Assembly (NCBI GenBank): GCA_041659265.1
Contig: JBAZYP010000009.1
Coordinates: 12,201-76,200 of the forward strand
Reading direction: 5' to 3'
Length of the DNA stretch: 64,000 nt
From: Candidatus Pacearchaeota archaeon
GTDB lineage: Archaea > Nanobdellota > Nanobdellia > Pacearchaeales > GW2011-AR1
Position 1 is the first letter of the stretch, and every line of letters begins with the position of its first letter. Below the pieces are notes generated by a model. It was not told the origin of the DNA and searched no databases. It worked only from the letters and a program-made list of their open reading frames with translations. Both the position numbers and the translations under genes were made by a program. Positions 1 to 8,939 of the stretch are shown here, piece by piece.

Positions 1-226
1 TAAATCAAAACCTGGAACAAATCTTACTTTTGATATAAATGAACTTTACAAGATATCTAAAAAGAACAAATATGAGGGTGGAATAATTAAGATAGATAAT
101 GTTGATAATAAGGTTACGGTTACTCTTGTTTCTGGAAAGGGATATTCTTATAGGTTATTTAGTGATAATGATGTTTTATGGGAATTAGATAAAACTGGAG
201 GCAAACTTCATTTGTTTGTAATTTAA
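1..226 (+). CDS. 3' end of a CDS truncated by the window edge; unknown product
   Basis: Open frame from nt 2 (KSKPGTNLTFDINELYKISKKNKYEGG...GGKLHLFVI*) ending TAA at 224-226, directly abutting the next ATG. Confidence 0.75.
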   Translation, partial: KSKPGTNLTFDINELYKISKKNKYEGGIIKIDNVDNKVTVTLVSGKGYSYRLFSDNDVLWELDKTGGKLHLFVI

Positions 227-691
227 ATGTCAGATAGTACTTATATTTCTCCTGGTCTATTTATAATCTTAGGAATAGTTAGTGTAGGAATTGTCCTAAG
301 TGTAATAATGTTTTTTAGTAATATTGCAGATGTTAGAATTGAAGAATCTAAATCCTTATTAGATCGTGTTGTTGATACCATATCTGATAATGGTTATTTG
401 AAATCTGAAATATTTGAAGAAAATTATAGTCTAATTGAAAATGCAAAATTAAATAATAATCTTTTTGCTGATGGATTTATTTATTTATCTTTAGAAATTT
501 ATAAAATGAATTCCAAAATAAAGGAGATAGATGTAGGAGATAGCGATTATAAAATTCAATGCAGATTAAAAGGAAAACATTATCCAAGATGTTATTATAA
601 GGAATTTATACTCGCAGATAAAAATAATCCTTTAGAAATCTATAAAATAAAGATATTAACTGGATCAAATAATTTGGGGAGTAGTGTATAA
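227..691 (+). CDS. Small membrane-anchored pilin-like protein
   Basis: N-terminal hydrophobic segment PGLFIILGIVSVGIVLSVIMFF; abuts neighbours in a tight operon with pilin-like genes and a prepilin peptidase. Confidence 0.6.
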   Translation: MSDSTYISPGLFIILGIVSVGIVLSVIMFFSNIADVRIEESKSLLDRVVDTISDNGYLKSEIFEENYSLIENAKLNNNLFADGFIYLSLEIYKMNSKIKEIDVGDSDYKIQCRLKGKHYPRCYYKEFILADKNNPLEIYKIKILTGSNNLGSSV

Positions 692-1243
692 ATGTTAAAT
701 AAAAAATCTCAAATAGGTCAAACTCTTACTTTAATTCCTGCAATATTTATAATTTTTTTTATAATGCTTTTATATCTGTTATTTTTTGGATTATTACTTA
801 CTAAAAAATCTGATTATAATGAACAAAATGTTGATATAATTCATGTTCCAATAGATCCTGTTGTTACAAACGTATTTTATTCTTTTTTAAATAGTCATAT
901 AGAATATTTGGGCGAAAATAGAAGCATATATGATTCAATAATTTATTCTATTAATAATCCTAATGAAAAAAATGATAAAGAGCTTATATTTTTAATAAAT
1001 AAAAGGTTAGATTTTTATTGCAATAGATATAGGCTTTTAATTCCTCAGGGTTTTATAGATGAAAAAGGACTCAGAATTCCTACTTATATCGAGAGTCTTG
1101 ATAATTTTGCAGATACAGAGGAGAATCTTGGAAGGTGGACAAGAAGTATAAGTTATAATTTAAAATATAATGAAGAACCAATTGAAATTAAATTTAGAAT
1201 ATTAAAAAGCTGTTTAGGTGAAGGAGAAATTAAAGTTGAATAA
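692..1243 (+). CDS. Pilin-like / membrane-anchored protein
   Basis: MLNKKSQIGQTLTLIPAIFIIFFIMLLYLLFFGL: short basic leader followed by hydrophobic helix. Confidence 0.55.
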   Translation: MLNKKSQIGQTLTLIPAIFIIFFIMLLYLLFFGLLLTKKSDYNEQNVDIIHVPIDPVVTNVFYSFLNSHIEYLGENRSIYDSIIYSINNPNEKNDKELIFLINKRLDFYCNRYRLLIPQGFIDEKGLRIPTYIESLDNFADTEENLGRWTRSISYNLKYNEEPIEIKFRILKSCLGEGEIKVE

Positions 1244-1244
1244 A

Positions 1245-1706
1245 ATGAATAAAAAATCAATGTCAATTTCTATAGTTTTACTTGTAATAATGACATTAGT
1301 ACTTGTTGGAGTTAGTTTAACTTATTTTATTATTAAAGAGAATAATAATCAACAATTACTTCAGGTTTCTAGTAGTATTGATTATCTTTCTATTGAGGAA
1401 AGCCATTTAGATATTACCTTGGATAAGTTATTTTTAGAATCTGTTGTTGGAATCAAAACTCTAGATAGCAAACAGATTTTTATTGATAGATTAAATGAAA
1501 ATATTCCTAAATACCAGGATTATTATTTTTTGAAAAATCTAAATTCAATAAAAGAACAGGTTAAAGAAGAAAATATTGAAATAAATACTGAAGGAATTAA
1601 TTGGAAAGTTGAATTTATTATAGAATCAGTTAAAAATAATCCAAAAAACACGTTAAATGCAAATTATTTATATTCGAGGAAGTTTGAAAAGGTTTTTAAA
1701 GTTTAA
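1245..1706 (+). CDS. Type IV pilin-like protein
   Basis: MNKKSMSISIVLLVIMTLVLVGVSLTYFIIKENN, class III-like signal; the ORF-track start at 1218 is probably too early. Confidence 0.6.
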   Translation: MNKKSMSISIVLLVIMTLVLVGVSLTYFIIKENNNQQLLQVSSSIDYLSIEESHLDITLDKLFLESVVGIKTLDSKQIFIDRLNENIPKYQDYYFLKNLNSIKEQVKEENIEINTEGINWKVEFIIESVKNNPKNTLNANYLYSRKFEKVFKV

Positions 1707-1755
1707 TAGGTTTTTAAAATTAAATAGTTTTTATTATGAAAGGAGGTTTATTAAA

Positions 1756-2100
1756 ATGAATAAAAAAGGTGAGGGAGTTAGCATGACTGGAGTTCTAGTT
1801 GCTGTTGTTCTATTAGTAGTTTTAATGGCTATAGTTGTATATGGCTTTACTGTAGGATGGGGCGATTTATGGAACAAAGTTACTGGATTTGGTGGTGGAA
1901 AAGTTAATGTTCAATCTGTAATAGATGCATGCAAGGTATCTTGTTCAACAAATCAAGTTTATGAATATTGCACTAAAACAAGATCTATAACATTTGCTGA
2001 AGCTGGTGAAGCTGAAAAAGGTTTAACATGTAAGACTCTTGAAGCAAGAAGCGCTGGTGCATTAAGTTGTGATACAATAACTTGTCCTGCTCCGGCATAA
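1756..2100 (+). CDS. Small cysteine-containing type IV pilin-like protein
   Basis: ATG at 1756 preceded by strong Shine-Dalgarno AAAGGAGGT (about 1739-1747); MNKKGEGVSMTGVLVAVVLLVVLMAIVVYGFTVGWG then Cys-containing domain. Confidence 0.7.
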   Translation: MNKKGEGVSMTGVLVAVVLLVVLMAIVVYGFTVGWGDLWNKVTGFGGGKVNVQSVIDACKVSCSTNQVYEYCTKTRSITFAEAGEAEKGLTCKTLEARSAGALSCDTITCPAPA

Positions 2101-2261
2101 TAATATTTTTATTTTTATTTTTTATATATTTTTATTTTTATTAATTAGGAGTTAGAAAAGATTTAAAAATTCTTTTTTGTTTTTAATATTGGAGATTATA
2201 TAAAAAGGGATTAAAAATCTCTTAAGATTTTTAGGATATGCCTAATACTTGAAAAAAAACA

Positions 2262-2387
2262 ATGGATTACGGATATAATGATAGAAGAAAAACAAAGAAT
2301 GACAAGAGAGCTAAATCTAGATATAATAAGTATAAGAAAGGCGGAAGTCTACGAGTTCAAAATAAAGATCGAGATAAAAACTGTTGA
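2262..2387 (+). CDS. Possible small basic protein (41 aa)
   Basis: MDYGYNDRRKTKNDKRAKSRYNKYKKGGSLRVQNKDRDKNC*, read manually in the gap between pilin and peptidase genes. Confidence 0.3.
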   Translation: MDYGYNDRRKTKNDKRAKSRYNKYKKGGSLRVQNKDRDKNC

Positions 2388-2408
2388 TATCTAAAAAGAG
2401 GTTTATAT

Positions 2409-3257
2409 ATGGGATTTAATCCTGAATTATTGTTTTTAATTGTACTCGCTTTAATATGGATAATTGGAGCCATATTACAAGATTTAAAACGAAGAGAAGT
2501 AGATAATATCTGGAATTTTTCTTTAATTGCTTTTGCATTATCTTATAGGTTTTTTGTATCTATATTTCAAGAAAATCCCTGGTTTTTTTTTAATGGAATA
2601 ATTGGTTTTTTTGTATTTTTGATCTTAGGAAATGTATTTTATTATTCTAGACTTTTTGCAGGAGGAGATGCAAAACTTTTGATTTCTCTTGGAACTATTT
2701 TACCATTAAGTTATGATTGGATTATAAATGCAAAGATATTTTTGATATTTATAATTGGTTTTCTTGTTTGCGGGTCTATATATGCCTTAAGTTGGTCTTT
2801 AGTTTTAGTAATTTTAAATTTTAAGAGATTTTTTAAGGAATTTGTTAAACAATCTAAAAATTATAAAAGATTTTATTTAATATCTATATTTTTTGCTAGC
2901 ATCTGGATAATTTTAACTTTAATTTTTCTAGATAAAATATTTTTATTTATAGGATTAATTATAGTTTTATTTCCAATTTTATTTGTATTTGCAAAATCTG
3001 TTGAAGAAAGCTGCATGATAATACCCACTAGCCCTTTGAAAGTAACTGAAGGGGACTGGTTATATGAAGATATACTAGTTGGAGATAAAAGAATTAAAGC
3101 AAGTTGGGAAGGAATTTCAAACAAGGAATTAAAATTAATACAAACCAAATATAAGAAAAAAATACTAATAAAACAAGGGATTCCATTTACCCCTAGTTTT
3201 TTATTTGGATTTTTAATAATACTTTTTCTTTTATTTAAAAATAATTTTTATATCTAA
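2409..3257 (+). CDS. Prepilin peptidase (A24 family aspartic protease)
   Basis: DLKRREVDNIWNF and GGDAKLLISLG motifs (the two catalytic Asp regions of A24 peptidases), multiple TM segments, adjacent to pilin-like genes. Confidence 0.9.
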   Translation: MGFNPELLFLIVLALIWIIGAILQDLKRREVDNIWNFSLIAFALSYRFFVSIFQENPWFFFNGIIGFFVFLILGNVFYYSRLFAGGDAKLLISLGTILPLSYDWIINAKIFLIFIIGFLVCGSIYALSWSLVLVILNFKRFFKEFVKQSKNYKRFYLISIFFASIWIILTLIFLDKIFLFIGLIIVLFPILFVFAKSVEESCMIIPTSPLKVTEGDWLYEDILVGDKRIKASWEGISNKELKLIQTKYKKKILIKQGIPFTPSFLFGFLIILFLLFKNNFYI

Positions 3258-3293
3258 CAAATAATTTAAATAACCTCAAAAGCTTATATAATC

Positions 3294-3569
3294 ATGAAAA
3301 AAAAGAGGAGTTTAAACAAGAATCATAATACAAAAGAAATAAATTTTAATAGTACTCTTTATGCACTTAAAATTTCTTCATTAGTTTTATTATTTAGCGT
3401 ATTTTTATTAATTATTACATTGTTTAATCTAGGATTTTCTTTAGATCAGATTTTAAGAACTTTATTTAGAAAACCTAGTGGCAATGATTTTTTAGCAATA
3501 TTTGCAGGTTCTATACTTTTTATTGTTGTACCTTTTGTTTTAGGCGTAAAAGCAAATAATAAATTTTAA
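3294..3569 (+). CDS. Small membrane protein, two predicted TM helices
   Basis: ORF with two hydrophobic stretches. Confidence 0.55.
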   Translation: MKKKRSLNKNHNTKEINFNSTLYALKISSLVLLFSVFLLIITLFNLGFSLDQILRTLFRKPSGNDFLAIFAGSILFIVVPFVLGVKANNKF

Positions 3570-3587
3570 GAATTTTTAGATTAATTT

Positions 3588-4250
3588 TTAAGGTATTCTA
3601 AAATCTTTTATCTTTGGTAATTTTGATATATCTTCTTTATTTGGGATATATTCTATTTCTTTTTCTTTTTCTTGTGTTTTTCTTTTTTTCCTTAGTTTTA
3701 CTTCAAGTTTATCTTGTAAAAGTTTTAATTCATTATCTTCTAATTTAATTTTTTTTAATGGTTCTTTGTAAATGGGTATTATGTTTATCATTGCATGACC
3801 CATAAGATTGGAGGTTTCTATTTTGATATCTTCTGGTTTAAATTTTTTCTTAATTCTATTTGCTATCTTTTGAGATAGGGACATTGCATTTTTTGGTATT
3901 TTTTCTGTTGGTATGTGTTTTAAAGGTAAAACTATTGAATGACCTCTTGACAAGGGGTTTATTTCTAGAATCGCAATAGATTTTTTATTTTCATCTATTT
4001 TATAGGAAGGAACTTCGTTATTTATTATTGAACAAAAGATACATTTTGGAGGACTAGAAGATTTTTCTTTATCTGCAGATTCTTTTTCATTCATCTGAAT
4101 ATTATTTTTTTTAAGAAATTCTTCTAGTTGTTCTTCATTTAAACCTTCTATATATTTTTTTATTTGATCCTTGTTCTCATTAGGAAGGCTTTCTACTTGA
4201 ATTAATAATTGCTTTTTTATATCTTCAGCTTCTTCTTTTGAAAATACCAT
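3588..4250 (-). CDS. HIT-superfamily-like protein with CxxC motif; degenerate histidine triad
   Basis: CIFCSIINNEVPSYKIDENKKSIAILEINPLSRGHSIVLPLKHI matches the HIT fold N-terminal half; the triad position reads GHAMINIIP. Confidence 0.75.
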   Translation of the reverse strand: MVFSKEEAEDIKKQLLIQVESLPNENKDQIKKYIEGLNEEQLEEFLKKNNIQMNEKESADKEKSSSPPKCIFCSIINNEVPSYKIDENKKSIAILEINPLSRGHSIVLPLKHIPTEKIPKNAMSLSQKIANRIKKKFKPEDIKIETSNLMGHAMINIIPIYKEPLKKIKLEDNELKLLQDKLEVKLRKKRKTQEKEKEIEYIPNKEDISKLPKIKDFRIP

Positions 4251-4308
4251 TGGCTATATAAGAATAAAAGGGTTTAAAATATTATGGTAGTATCTAATAA
4301 AGTTAATT

Positions 4309-4827
4309 TTATTTTTTATATTTTCTTAAAATAAAATCTGGAGTGTAATTATTTTTTAAATAAAAATTCTGTATATTTTTGGGCAGTAATCTGAATTGAT
4401 CGATTAAACCTCTGCAATTTTTTGAACCACATTTGCATTTACATGTCCATAATCCTCCTCCGGATTTTTTTATTTTTTCTTCATTATCATCCATTGTCGT
4501 AGAATAATCATAGGTAATCTCATCTCCCCTATTTATATCTCTTAATGCTTTTAATTTAGATTTTTTTGAGAGATATGCATTTGGATTACATGAATGATTA
4601 AATGTTCTTGATAGTTCATCTAAATCCAGATATTTTTCATTATCTACACCTAAGGGGTCTGCACCATCTTCAAGATTTTCATCAGTTCTTCTTATCATTT
4701 CATTTAAATCCATTAATTCTCCCCTTAAGAAACAAATTGTTTTTCCTTTTTTAATTGAAATTCTAGCATAAACTCCTTTTCCAGAAATACCTGATTTTTT
4801 AATTATTAAATCTGATTTTTTCACCAT
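4309..4827 (-). CDS. SET-domain protein (putative lysine methyltransferase)
   Basis: GKGVYARISIKKG, FNHSCNPNA, RGDEITYDY and post-SET CKCGSKNCRG motifs. Confidence 0.9.
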   Translation of the reverse strand: MVKKSDLIIKKSGISGKGVYARISIKKGKTICFLRGELMDLNEMIRRTDENLEDGADPLGVDNEKYLDLDELSRTFNHSCNPNAYLSKKSKLKALRDINRGDEITYDYSTTMDDNEEKIKKSGGGLWTCKCKCGSKNCRGLIDQFRLLPKNIQNFYLKNNYTPDFILRKYKK

Positions 4828-4957
4828 AAAATAAAGAAAAGAATAATCTATATAAAAATCTAACTTAAAAATTTATTTTAAAAAAATAAGAATATTAACT
4901 AATTATCCAATTGCTCTACCTCGCAATTGTGTAATCACAATGAAGAATATTAGCTAA

Positions 4958-5230
4958 TTATCCTATCGCTCGTCTAAAATCTATAACTTCAGCAGAACTT
5001 ACATTTTTGAATTCTTGGATGGCATCAATTGTAGGATCTATTGAGATTTCTTCTTCCCAAGAAATCATTGCAATAACTGCAATAAGGCCAAAAGCAATTG
5101 GTTCTCTTTCAAACTTTATACTTTTACTTCCTTGTTTTTCTAGAAGTTCTCTAGTTTTTGTTTCTATATTATCTAAATCTGCTTGAGGTGAGTCAGGCAT
5201 AATTTTAATTTTAATTAATGCAAGTGCCAT
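4958..5230 (-). CDS. ef1b: Translation elongation factor aEF-1 beta
   Basis: MALALIKIKIMPDSPQADLDNIETKTREL...IAFGLIAVIAMISWEEE...FKNVSSAEVIDFRRAIG, typical archaeal EF1B. Confidence 0.93.
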   Translation of the reverse strand: MALALIKIKIMPDSPQADLDNIETKTRELLEKQGSKSIKFEREPIAFGLIAVIAMISWEEEISIDPTIDAIQEFKNVSSAEVIDFRRAIG

Positions 5231-5442
5231 AGCTTAGAAAGGATTATTTTTGTTTATAAAGGTTTCTAATTGCAAATTTTGTTAAGAATTAGTAGATTTT
5301 ATCATTTAATCAATTTTAGAAACAAAATATCTTATTTTAGATATAGAACAATTGCTTAAACTTCCATGTTAAATCTATAGTTTTAAACCACAATCATTAT
5401 AAAGGATATTTTTTTAAAGAGGTTAGGAAAAAGGAGAGATAT

Positions 5443-6375
5443 ATGGACACTAATTATCAATCAGTAATAGATTTTATTTCTGAAAAATCTGGGATTTCTA
5501 AAGAAGAGATTGAAAAGAAGATTGAAGCAAAGCAATCTAAATTAGCAGGGCTTATTTCTAAAGTTGGAGCAGCACAAATTGTTGCAGCTGAACTAAATGT
5601 AAGTTTTGATAAACAGAGTATTAAAATTTCTCAAATTGTTCCTGGAATAAAAAAGATAAATATTACTGGAAAAATTATAACTCTTTTTCCAATAAGGGAA
5701 TATAATAAAAATGGCAGAGCAGGCAGAATTGGCAGTTTTATCTTAGCAGATGAAACAAGCAATGTAAGGGTGGTTTTATGGGATGAAAACCATATTGAAC
5801 TAATCAGCAAGGGAGATATAGCCACTAATAAAGTAATTGATATTGAAAATGCAACATTAAGAAATGGGGAAATTCATTTGACTTCTTTTTCTGAAATAAA
5901 AATTTCCAATAAATCTCTTGATAGTGTAATTGTTGATAAACCTAAGGTGAACAAGAAAATAGCACATTTTAATCCTAATGATAATGTTTTAACAAGAGCA
6001 TTTATTGTTCAATTTTTTGAACCACGTTTTTTTGAAATATGCCCTGCATGCAAAAAAAAGGTCAGTGAAACTAAAGAATGCCTTACACATGGTAAAGTTG
6101 TATCTGAAAGAAGGGCTTTATTAAATTTTGTTATTGATGACGGGACTGAATCTATAAGATCAGTTGTATTTTCTGATCAGATATCTAAAATTATGCCTGG
6201 AATAGATATTTCTGATTCTCAAGCATTTTCATTAAAAAAATCAGATTTACTAGGGAAAGAACTTATAATTCATGGACAGGTAAGAAGAAATACTGTTTAT
6301 AATAATAATGAATTTGTTGTAACTGATTTTGAAGAGATTGATTTAAACAAACTTATTCAAGAACTTGAAAATTAG
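5443..6375 (+). CDS. Replication protein A-like single-stranded DNA-binding protein (OB fold plus zinc motif)
   Basis: OB-fold segment KINITGKIITLF...RVVLWDENHIELISKGDI and zinc motif CPACKKKVSETKECLTHG. Confidence 0.88.
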   Translation: MDTNYQSVIDFISEKSGISKEEIEKKIEAKQSKLAGLISKVGAAQIVAAELNVSFDKQSIKISQIVPGIKKINITGKIITLFPIREYNKNGRAGRIGSFILADETSNVRVVLWDENHIELISKGDIATNKVIDIENATLRNGEIHLTSFSEIKISNKSLDSVIVDKPKVNKKIAHFNPNDNVLTRAFIVQFFEPRFFEICPACKKKVSETKECLTHGKVVSERRALLNFVIDDGTESIRSVVFSDQISKIMPGIDISDSQAFSLKKSDLLGKELIIHGQVRRNTVYNNNEFVVTDFEEIDLNKLIQELEN

Positions 6376-6384
6376 ATTAATAAA

Positions 6385-6534
6385 TCAGTATTCTAGTTTT
6401 TGATACAATCCTTTTCTTGCCCACTCTTTCATAGAGTTTCTATTGAATCCTTTTAGATATCCTAGAACGAACATTTCTTTAGGATCTAAAATCTCATTCA
6501 AAATTTCTATTTCTTCAATTTCTTGTTTATTCAT
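6385..6534 (-). CDS. Small hypothetical protein (49 aa)
   Basis: MNKQEIEEIEILNEILDPKEMFVLGYLKGFNRNSMKEWARKGLYQKLEY*, with ideal Shine-Dalgarno AAGGAGG upstream on the minus strand; below the ORF-track length cutoff. Confidence 0.6.
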   Translation of the reverse strand: MNKQEIEEIEILNEILDPKEMFVLGYLKGFNRNSMKEWARKGLYQKLEY

Positions 6535-6865
6535 TTTTTCCTCCTTGTTATTTAATATAAAGCGATTAAGGTGCTTTATTGTAAATCAGTTAAGATATTA
6601 GCTTATAAAGCAATTAGGAAGGAATTATTCAGAAGAACGATTCATAAGACTTATAAATGGATTTTAATGCCTAATATTATGGTTATTAGCCTATCTATTG
6701 GAGATTTTTATGGAATTGATTCTTTTGTTGAATTATTAATTGTAGTAGTCGCATTGATAATTTTTTTTTTATAGCAGAAAAGTATACAAAATAATTAATA
6801 ATAAAAATTATAAATATTTTTCATTCGCATTTTTATCAATCGCAATAGCTTATATTTTTAAGATA

Positions 6866-7423
6866 TTGTCCAATTTAACAATAAAACATGTACTTATAAT
6901 AGAAAAAGCTAATCTCATATTTACTTTTACTTCTCAGATGAGATATATGGAAGCTATTAATTTTTTTAGTTATATGTTTTATAAAACTTTTAGTGTTATT
7001 GGATTTTTGATATTATTTTTAATTTTAACTAAGACTGATAAAAAGGAAAAGGTTTTTATGTTTTTTTATATGAGTCTTATTGTTGTATTTTTTAGTGTAT
7101 ATTATAATTTTATTTTTCATATGACTCTTATACTTATCCTTGTATTTTTAACTGAACATTATTATAGAAACTATTGCAAATTCAAATCTTTTAATAGCCG
7201 ACTTGTATTTTTTGCATTTTCGATAATTTTAATATCACAAATAATTTTTGTTCTTTCAGTTATCTTTTCAAAGTTTTATAGTGTGTTTTACTTATTTGGT
7301 GAAATACTTTTACTTATAGGATTTTTTTGTCTTTTAATAAATCAGATCAAATTAAAAAATGAAACAAAAACGAACAAGATTAGAAGTCGTAAGAGATCTT
7401 TTAGAAGTGCTTCAAAAAAATAG
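6866..7423 (+). CDS. Multi-pass membrane protein of unknown function
   Basis: Several TM stretches, basic C-terminus; the TTG start at 6866 is uncertain, ATG at 6941 is possible. Confidence 0.5.
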   Translation: MSNLTIKHVLIIEKANLIFTFTSQMRYMEAINFFSYMFYKTFSVIGFLILFLILTKTDKKEKVFMFFYMSLIVVFFSVYYNFIFHMTLILILVFLTEHYYRNYCKFKSFNSRLVFFAFSIILISQIIFVLSVIFSKFYSVFYLFGEILLLIGFFCLLINQIKLKNETKTNKIRSRKRSFRSASKK

Positions 7424-7628
7424 ACAAGTGAAAATAACTCACTTAATCTATAAAGCAAATCTTTCTAACAATAGTATCAAACCTTATTTAGAAGATCTTT
7501 TGAAAAATAAATTAATGGAGCAATATAGCGAAGAAGATAATCGATATTTTAGATTAACAAAAAAGGGACAGGAATTTTTACAAGAATTCAATAAGATAAA
7601 GATTTTCTCAGAGAGTTATGGATTATAA
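7359..7628 (+). CDS. Winged-helix DNA-binding protein
   Basis: TRLEVVRDLLEVLQKNRQVKITHLIYKANLSNNSIKPYLEDLLKNKLMEQY...YFRLTKKGQEFL, typical archaeal small wHTH (HTH_45-like); overlaps the previous ORF. Confidence 0.8.
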   Translation: MKQKRTRLEVVRDLLEVLQKNRQVKITHLIYKANLSNNSIKPYLEDLLKNKLMEQYSEEDNRYFRLTKKGQEFLQEFNKIKIFSESYGL

Positions 7629-7660
7629 AACATTCGCTATAAGCGAGATAAGAATGATTC

Positions 7661-7685
7661 GCAATCTAAAATTAATTTAGATTGC
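7661..7685. repeat. Perfect 10-bp inverted repeat (hairpin), 5-nt loop
   Basis: GCAATCTAAA-ATTAA-TTTAGATTGC in the intergenic region downstream of the wHTH gene. Confidence 0.7.
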
Positions 7686-7843
7686 TCATTTAATAAGATT
7701 TTAAGAAATTCTAAATGGTATTAAGAAATTAATTTATAATAGATTCTATCGCATAAGCGAGATAATCTTATGTTTATTGTTTTTTTTCATAATATATAAC
7801 CCAGAGGGGTAATCCTTATAAAGAAATTCATTTTTTAGTTAAG

Positions 7844-8862
7844 ATGGTTGTGGAAAAGAGATTGATGAAAGTGAATCTAAGAAAAAGAAGTCTAAGAAAA
7901 AAGAAGAGGTAAAGGAAACTAAACTTTCTGATCTTCCTGGAATAGGTCCTGCTGCACAGGAAAAACTTGAAGCTGCAGGAATCTTTGATGTTATGGGTAT
8001 TGCAGTTCTTGGACCTAAAGAATTATCTGAACTCGCTGGATTAGGCGAAGCTGTTGCAAGAAAGGTTATTCAAGCTGCAAGAAAGGTTATGGACCTTGGA
8101 TTTCAAGATGGATTAGAATTCGCTGAAAAAAGAGAAGAAGTATTTTTTATTACTACTGGAAGCAAGGAATTAGACAATCTTCTTGGGGGAAAGGGTGTTG
8201 AAACAAAAGCTATTACTGAAGCATTTGGGAGTTATGGAAGTGGAAAGACTCAATTAGGGTTGTCTTTAGCTGTTAATGTTCAGATGCCTTTAGAAAAAGG
8301 TGGGGCTGAAGGAAAGGCAGTTTATATTGACACTGAAGGAACTTTTAGGCCTGAAAGAATAAGACAAATTGCTGAATCAAAGGGAGCTAACCCTGAAAAT
8401 GTTTTAAAAAATATTCTTGTTGCAAGAGCATTTAATTCAGATCATCAGATTTTATTAATAGATAAAGTTGGTGAATTAATTAAAGGTGGAGAGCCTATAA
8501 GGATTGTTATTGTAGATTCTTTAACTGCTCATTTTAGGGCTGAATTTGCTGGAAGAGGGCAACTTGCAGATAGGCAGCAGAAATTAAATAAATATCTTCA
8601 CAATCTAATGAAAATTGCAGAACAATTTAATTTGGCAGTTTATGTAACAAATCAGGTCATGGCTAATCCTGCTATGATGTTTGGAGATCCTACGACAGCA
8701 ATAGGTGGAAATATTGTAGGTCATGCATCGACTTTTAGAATGTATATAAGAAAGGGAAAGAAAACTTCAAGAGTAGCTAAATTAATAGATAGTCCTAATC
8801 TTCCTGATAATGAGTGTATATTTTTTGTTGGTGCAAAGGGTGTTTGTGACGACGAAGAATAA
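7844..8862 (+). CDS. radA: DNA repair and recombination protein RadA (N-terminus apparently frameshifted)
   Basis: RadA/Rad51 core: GSYGSGKTQL Walker A, VIVDSLTAHFRAEFAGRG, NQVMANPAMMFGDPTTAIGGNIVGHAST. In-frame HhH sequence (KLSDLPGIGPAAQEKLEAAGIFDVMGIAVLGPKEL) extends upstream of the ORF-track start 7993. Confidence 0.93.
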
Positions 8863-8939
8863 AATTTAAAGGAATTCTAGTCTTTTTCAAATAGAATAAT
8901 GTTTATATATCATATTTAATATATAATATATATAAAAAA

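Noticed and set aside
2873-3148. ORF 91 aa (-)
   Set aside because: Entirely antisense within the prepilin peptidase gene, no recognisable features
6571-6774. ORF 67 aa (+) with non-ATG start
   Set aside because: Weak start, no clear ribosome-binding site; could be real but unsupported
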